From: Vicugna vicugna
Lineage: Eukaryota
Reading direction: 5' to 3'
DNA: 64,000 nt
Assembly (NCBI GenBank): GCA_013265495.1
Contig: MU058531.1
Span: 2,232,911 to 2,296,910 of the forward strand
Shown here: one piece after another, positions 56,674 to 64,000 of the stretch
How positions within the stretch are numbered: position 1 is the stretch's first letter
Layout: every line of letters begins with the position of its first letter
Translations under genes and position numbers: made by a program
Notes under the pieces: model-generated
Database searches by the model: none
Told to the model about the DNA's origin: nothing
What the model saw: only the letters and a program-made list of their open reading frames with translations

Positions 56674-57759
56674 TGTGACTTTAGTTTTGTTTGGTTCTTT
56701 CATAGCCCATACCTAGTTGGCAAAAACACTGCTACAAAAATCTTTTGTAAATTTGCACTCAATTCTTAAACTTTTTAGTTTTTAATGTTTTCCTTTTTTG
56801 TTTCTCTAGTTTTCAGATATACTTTACCATACACACTGGTGTTTCACTGCTCACCTTACAGTGTCCCTAATTCTATCATATTTATATTTTTATACTTTAA
56901 TTCTTATTCAGTAAACACTTTTATATTTTAAGTTTGGTGTCAGAATGCTAGAAAACCCAACTTAAACTGTCTTAAAACAGCAAGGGGATAGAATGAGCTT
57001 TAAGGATATTTAATCCAATAACTCAAGGATCCTGTTTCTGTCTCTTCCAACTCTTGTTCTGAACGGTGGCTTTTGTCTAGGGCTTGCTGTTCATCTAGGA
57101 AGATGATCAGCAACAGGGCAGCTACCTGCTCTCATTCGTATCTCATGTGGATGAGAGGCTTCTTGTCCATTAACCATCAAAACTGGCCAGGGGAACATCA
57201 CTTATTGATTACTTTAGGCCTCAGTTTTGTCCATGTATGAACCAATAACTGGTAAAGGAATTTAATTTCCTGAACTGTCTTAAGCCAGTCAGACTTAGTC
57301 TCTGGATCTGGGGATGGATTTAGGCCCTCTCCCACCTCCCCCAAACCCCACCATACAGCCATGCTGTACAGTCAGGGCATATTCATTCCCCAAAGGAAAT
57401 CTGGATGCTGGAAATGGGTGCTTAGTAGGCAACCAATAAATATCTACAAGTGGTTTTGTCCCTTGATTTGCTAATATAGTATCTTCTGCTGTTTAATAGT
57501 CAAATATTGGACACTGTGGAATGATTGTCTAATTTTCTTATCTTCTGGCCATCTCTTTATAGTTTAGATTAAGAAGTAACTTTAATTTGTCTATCCCATC
57601 ATTTTAAAGACTGGATGTGAGGCATGATCTGAAACAAATTTCTTCCTGAAAAATCTTGAAATTACACTGTAGGTCAGAGCAGGATCACAAAAGCTGGAGC
57701 CAACATTTAAACAGAATAATGCTTTATTTACCCCAAGTTTAACAGAACTTTTAAAACTT

Positions 57760-60430
57760 TATCAAAACTGCATCATTCCCTCTGGCCTGTACCCATTCCA
57801 GCTCCAGCTGGCCTGACAAAGCTACCCAGTATATGCCATCTACACAGGGAATATGCCTATACAACACCATCCAAGCCTTGAAGACTGGGAGAGGTAGCTT
57901 TTTCACACAGAAGTGAAACAAAATGAGGAGACAGAGGAATGTGTTCCAAATGAAAGAATATAAAACTCCAGGGAAAATCTCTAATGAAATGGATATAACT
58001 AGTTTACCTGACAAAGTTCAAAGTAATGCTCAGTAAAGATGCTTACCAAACTTAGGAAAAGAATGGAGGAACACAGTGAGAACTTCAACATAGAGTTAGA
58101 AAATATAAAGAACCAATCAGAGCTGAAGAATGTAATCACTGAAATGAAAAATAAACTAGAAGGAGTCAGTGACAAATGAGATAACACAGAGAAATGGATC
58201 GATGATCTGGAAGACAAGATAATGGAAATCACCCAGTCAGAACAGCTAAAAGAAGAAACTTTTAAAAATGAGATTAATCCAAACATTCACATTATAGGGG
58301 TCTCAAAAGAAGAAGGGAGAGAAAGGGGCAGAATATTTATTTGAAAAAATTATGGCTGAAAACTTTTCTAACCTGGAGATGGAAACGTATCCAGATCCAG
58401 GAACCACAGAGTCTCAAGATAAACCCAGAGAAGTCCACACCAAGACACATTATTATTAAAATGGCAAAAATTAAAGATAAAGAGAGAATTATAAAAGCAG
58501 CAAGAGAAAAGCAACTAGTCACATACAAGGGAACCCTTATAAGACTATCACCTGATTTTTCAAAAGAAAATTTACAGATCAGAAGGGAGTGGCCTGATAT
58601 ATTTAAAGTGATGAAAGGGAAAAATTTGTAATCAAGAATACCCTAACCTGCACAGTTATCATTCAAAATTGAAGGAAAGAGCTTCTGAGACAAGCAAAAT
58701 CTAAAGGAGTTCATTACCACAAAACTGACCTTACAAGAAATGTTAAAGGGTCTTTAAATTGAAAAGAAAAGGCCATAACTAGTGATAAGAAAATACATGA
58801 AAGAAAAAAATCTCACTGGTAAAAGCAAATATATACCAAAGGCAGTGGAGCAGCCATTTAAAGAGCTAGCATGAAGGTTAAAAGACAAAGTTGTAAAGTC
58901 AACTATTACCACAGTAGGTCGTTAAGGGATACACAAAATTAAAGATGTAAAATATGACCTCAAAAACATAAAATGTGGGAGGAGAGGAGTAAAAATGTAG
59001 TGCTTTATTTGAATGCATTCAAACTTAGGTCACTATAAGCTTAAAATAGACTGTTCTATATCCAGGTTGATATATATGAGCCTTATGGTAACCACAAACC
59101 AAAAACTTGATAGATATACCAAAAAAGAAAAAGGAACCCAAACATAACACTAAAGAAAGTCATCAAACTATAAGGGAAGAGACCAAAGAGGAGAAGAAAG
59201 GAGCAGAGAAGAACTACAGAAACAATCAGAAAACAGTTAACAAAATGGCAAGAAGTACATATCTATCAATAATCACTTTAAGTGTAAATGGACTGAATAC
59301 TCCAGTCAAAAGACATAGGGTGGCCAAATGGATTGAAAAACAAGGCCTGTCTATATGCTTCCTACAGAGATTCACTTGATCTAAAGACACACAGAGACTA
59401 AAAGTGCAGGAATGGAAAAGATATTCCCTGCAAGTGGAAATGAAAAAAGAGCTGGGGTAGCAGTACTCATATCAGACAATAGACTTTAAAACAAAGTCTG
59501 TAACAAGGGGCAAACAAGGGCATTATATAATGATAAAGGAGTCAATCGAAGAGGACAAAGTCATACCTTGGAGAGGTTATGTATTTTGTTCCAGACCACC
59601 TCAATAAAGCAAATATCACAATAAAGTGAATCAAATGAATTTTTTATTTCTCAGTGCATATAAAAGTTATGTACATTCTATACTGTAGTCTGTTAAGTGA
59701 GCAATAGCATTATGTCTAAAACAAATGTACACACCTTAATTAAAAAATAATGCTGTTGCAAAAATGACACTAGTAGACTTGCTCAATGCAGGGTTGCCAC
59801 AAACCTTCAATTTGTAAAAGAAATATCTGCAAAGCACAATAAAACATAAATTTGAAAAGCTATATGTTCATGTATGTTCATTGTCTCACTACTTATGATA
59901 GCCAAGATATGGAATCAACCTAATTGTCCACTGACAGATGAATGGGTAAGGAAGATGTGATATAAATAATGAATTACTACACAGCCATGAAAAAGAATGA
60001 AATCTTGTCATTTGTGACAACATGGATGGATCTAGAGGGTATTATGCTAAGCGAAATTACAGAAAAACAAATACTGTATGATTTCACTCATATGTGGAAT
60101 CTAAACAACGTAAGTGAACAAACATAACAAAACAGAAACACATTCATAGATACAGAGAACAGATTGGTGCTTCCCAGTGAGGAGAGTGGTGAGGGGAATG
60201 GGCGACAGGTGAAAGAGATTAAGAGATACAAACTTCCAGTTATTAGATAAGTCATGGGGATGTAATGTACAGCATAGGGAATACAGTCAATATTGTATAA
60301 CTTTGTATGGTGACAGATGGTAACTAGACTTATTGTGGTGATCATTTTTTAGTGAAAATATTAAATCACTATGTTGTATACCTAAAACTAATATAATATT
60401 GTAAGTCAGTTATACTGCAATTAAAATATT
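57760..60430 (+). mobile_element. L1 with ORF1, endonuclease start and 3' end; most of ORF2 deleted
   Basis: ORF1 remnant (KINPEKSTPRHIIIKMAKIKDKERIIKAAREK), EN start (LSIITLSVNGLNTPVKRHRVAKW), 3' end from ~59860. Confidence 0.92.
59557..59850. mobile_element. Internally deleted Tigger1-like DNA transposon
   Basis: gttccagaccacctcaataaagcaaatatcacaataaag at one end; gcagggttgccacaaaccttcaatttgtaaa at the other. Confidence 0.85.
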
Positions 60431-61397
60431 TATCGAAACTATCATTTATTGAATAACAATATTACATTTCTCTTGTACAGTCAATATAGGAAAAGCATTT
60501 CAAATATCCTATTCTACTTTAAAGAGCTATTCCCAATAAAGAGCTAATATTGTTAATCAAAAGACAGAATTAACTTTCCCCTTATACCTCAGTCCTTTTA
60601 TCTTTTCTTTTAATAAGTAATATCTCTAGCTAATAATTTGAGGAAATCTGCCTTCTGAAAAGGATCTTTGTCATTTAAGCACAGTGTGGAATAGGAAATG
60701 GTTAGTATGAAGGAACTAGAAGAATGCAAAGGACAGCACTTACTTCCAAAACTTGTTAATGCTCAAGAAATCAGAGACACTCATTAAAGTAGACAAGAAT
60801 TCTCTGGTCCAAAATGTCAGTAGTGCTAAGGCTAAGGAACTTTTGTGGTGGTTTGATGTATGTGTGCTGCTGTCTGTCTTGAGGTATGTGTGCAGGGGGC
60901 AGGAGGTGTAATTGCTCTGTGTACATACTTCAACTCAGTTTTCCAGATTTTAGCCCCTTGTCTCACCCCCTCTTCTTTTGACACCAGATGCCTTCACATT
61001 ACAAGCCTCTCCTGGATGCTGAGTGTCTTGTTTATACTTCATATTCCTGATTACAGACACCTAGTTGTATCCCTCACTTCTACTTTATGTGGGTTATAGT
61101 CGTCTGTCAGCTTTGTAGCTTCTCAAATTTTATAAACACACATTTTTTTCACCTCATAGATAGGGGTTCTCAGTTTCAAAATGGGGAAAACAAGAAAAAC
61201 AGCCCATTTATAAACCAAGACAAAGAATACATTTGATTTTTTGCATTTTATCTATTGTTATTGACACTTAGCCATCATTATCATGATAGTGATAAATGGT
61301 AGAGATGATATGTAACTGCCTCAGTTGTGTTAGAATAAATTTTATAGGAATTAAGAAAAAATACTAACTGCTAAACTCCTATTAAACTTTATTTTAG

Positions 61398-61485
61398 AGC
61401 CATGAGTGGAAAACTAACTGTTCAAGAAGAACAAATTGTAGAATTGATGGAAAAAATCGCTGCCGTTGAGGAGGAGCTAAGTAGG
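61398..61485 (+). CDS. KIF11: KIF11 exon 11 (88 nt)
   Basis: [29 protein letters not shown]; phase fits both neighbours; donor gtaagc. Confidence 0.97.
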
Positions 61486-62085
61486 GTAAGCATTCAAAAC
61501 AATATTGAATGTCATGTAAAAAGCAAATATTAAAAGACAGCTTCAGAATGTGAAGGTCCTGACTTTTCTTGCTGACTTTTAAACTAAAAATAAGTTGTAT
61601 CATGATTTTTTTACTGTCATCAATGATAATGAAGATGCTATTTATTTTGACATTTATATTAATGCAACATTTTAAGAAATTAACTGAATTGTACAATTTA
61701 ATGTTAAAGCTAATAGTGAATGCTGAGACATGTTCACTACCGTGTTTATCAGATGAGGAAATGCAGATCTTGGGAGAAACCAGATGTTAAATAACTAAGG
61801 TTTGTAGATCTGACCCTTCCATGCCACCCTCATGCTGGCAGTGTTGGAAGGAATCTGAAGAATTAACACCACTCCACTAGATGTGTTATTTGTTTTTTAG
61901 TGAATTTACAGGAAGAAACCAGATGTCATATGAAATGTTCTAACCTACCTGGTAACTTGTTACAACTTTTATATGAAAATAATTTGTTAGTTCTTCTAAT
62001 ATTATCTTATGAAATAGCTGGTTGTCTCAACAGCCAGTTCAGCATTTTATAATTATTTTTAAAATGTTTAATGTATTATATTTAG

Positions 62086-62289
<204 letters not shown>

Positions 62290-62992
62290 TAATTTGTACT
62301 CACATTAAAGAAATTAAAGAATGGGTAAAAGTAGCTTTCTTACCTTAAGCATTAATTGTGAAATTCTATTTATTCACCTGAAATGATATTTTCTGTCCAT
62401 TTAAGAAACATTATTATACTATTATGTCTGAATTTTCCTCACTGGAGATGCTAACTTAAGAAAAAACTATTCCTTTGAGTTTTGAAAGTAGAACATGATT
62501 TTAATACACTTTGTGAGTGTTCAAAATAATGGTGGTGTAATGCTTTACCTGTGAAACTAGTTGAAACTAATCAGTAATCAAGAATTTAGCACCTTCTAAT
62601 GATGTAAGATGTGAAACGTATTTAATTTTTTTTTTTACCACTTAAAAATATTGAAATATAGTTGATTTAGAATGTATTAGTTTCTGGTGTATGAAAGTAT
62701 TTAATTTTCTATTAGGTGTACTTTTGAGGAATTAGCAGCATATAATACAGAAAAAATTTATGAGGAAGCACAATTACTATAATAGATTGGCAAAATCAAT
62801 TTTCCTTGTCTAGATGACATGGGGAGGGGAAATAAACATTCCTGTATAAATTAGCATGAACGTTAAAATTTCTTCTGATATAAAATTTACTAGTTCTTAT
62901 CAGGAGAAATCCTAACGAAGCACAGATATTTTCATTAGATTGCTTTTGTCATACCTGTCTTATTAAAATCTATTTTCAAAAATCAAATATAG

Positions 62993-63217
<225 letters not shown>

Positions 63218-64000
63218 TAATTCTAGTCTTTGTATGTTTAGTGTGAGACTAATTTTAAAACTGATAATTAAATTTTATCATTAAAAACTCAGGTGGCAGT
63301 CACTAGTCCCCTCTAATGCATGCACCAGCTGATCAAACTAGGGATAAATGCTTCTGCTACCTTTGAATTAAAACAAATCTCAGTTTTTTTTTTTCTGTAA
63401 AATGTTATGTTTATTAAACAATAACTAAATGTATAAACTTTAGAAGAAAAAGCCCCTTTTATCCCTGACGGTATATCCTTTTCCATAGATAATACAGTTA
63501 ACATTTCTTGGGTTTCCTTATTGAAATGTTTTGTGTATATACATTCTCCAATTTTTTTTTCCTTTTGAGTATGGATCTTTTGAATGTTTGCTGTATTGTC
63601 AGAATATATGGGTATTATTTTTAACTATAACCATTATTGTTACCTTCATTTTGGAAAATACTTAACTATCAATTTGTTTACTATAAAAGTATTGTCCTCA
63701 CTATAGAAAATTTGGAAGATGCAGAAATGTAAGAATTTTTGAAAATCACCTAGAGTTTAGTCAGTCTAAGCTAACCACTAAAAATTTTGTTTAATGATTT
63801 CTAGTTTCTCTTTTCTTCCATAACCTCTTTTATCTACAGTTATACTGTGTGTTACTTTTAGTTAGAGACTAATTTTTAGAATATTCTAATTCTTGTTTAC
63901 TGTGAGTTACAGCTTTGGGTCTGATACACCTACAGATATACCAAATGTTTACTGAACATTATGGAACATATATAATTTATATTTAAAGTTATTCCTTGCT

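Noticed and set aside
58341..59379. L1 ORF1/ORF2 peptides as functional genes
   Set aside because: Multiple stops and frameshifts; reverse transcriptase region missing

Overview
Mammalian genomic DNA, most likely a camelid (inferred from five tRNA-derived Vic-1-like SINEs). Two genes lie head-to-head with start codons 13.2 kb apart. IDE (insulin-degrading enzyme, minus strand) has coding exons 1-3 at 31174-31271, 2774-2958 and 1572-1779, a 28.2 kb intron 1, and continues off the left edge. KIF11 (kinesin-5/Eg5, plus strand) has coding exons 1-13 between 44504 and 63200 and continues off the right edge. All exons have GT-AG boundaries and splice into uninterrupted frames. Each gene has its own CpG-island promoter. 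The rest is mainly transposon debris (L1, L2, MIR, ERV1/MaLR LTRs, Tigger/MER elements, SINEs); repeat family names come from recalled consensus sequences and boundaries are approximate. I found no evidence for a wholly new biological system. Best leads: a candidate frameshifting cassette exon in IDE intron 1 whose stop overlaps the Met42 start, a 55-bp Z-DNA-prone repeat at the IDE promoter, a TSD-flanked 112-nt polypurine tract, an apparent E129Q change in the Eg5 drug-binding loop L5, a ZNF143/E2F-like module upstream of KIF11, and reciprocally nested L1/LTR insertions.
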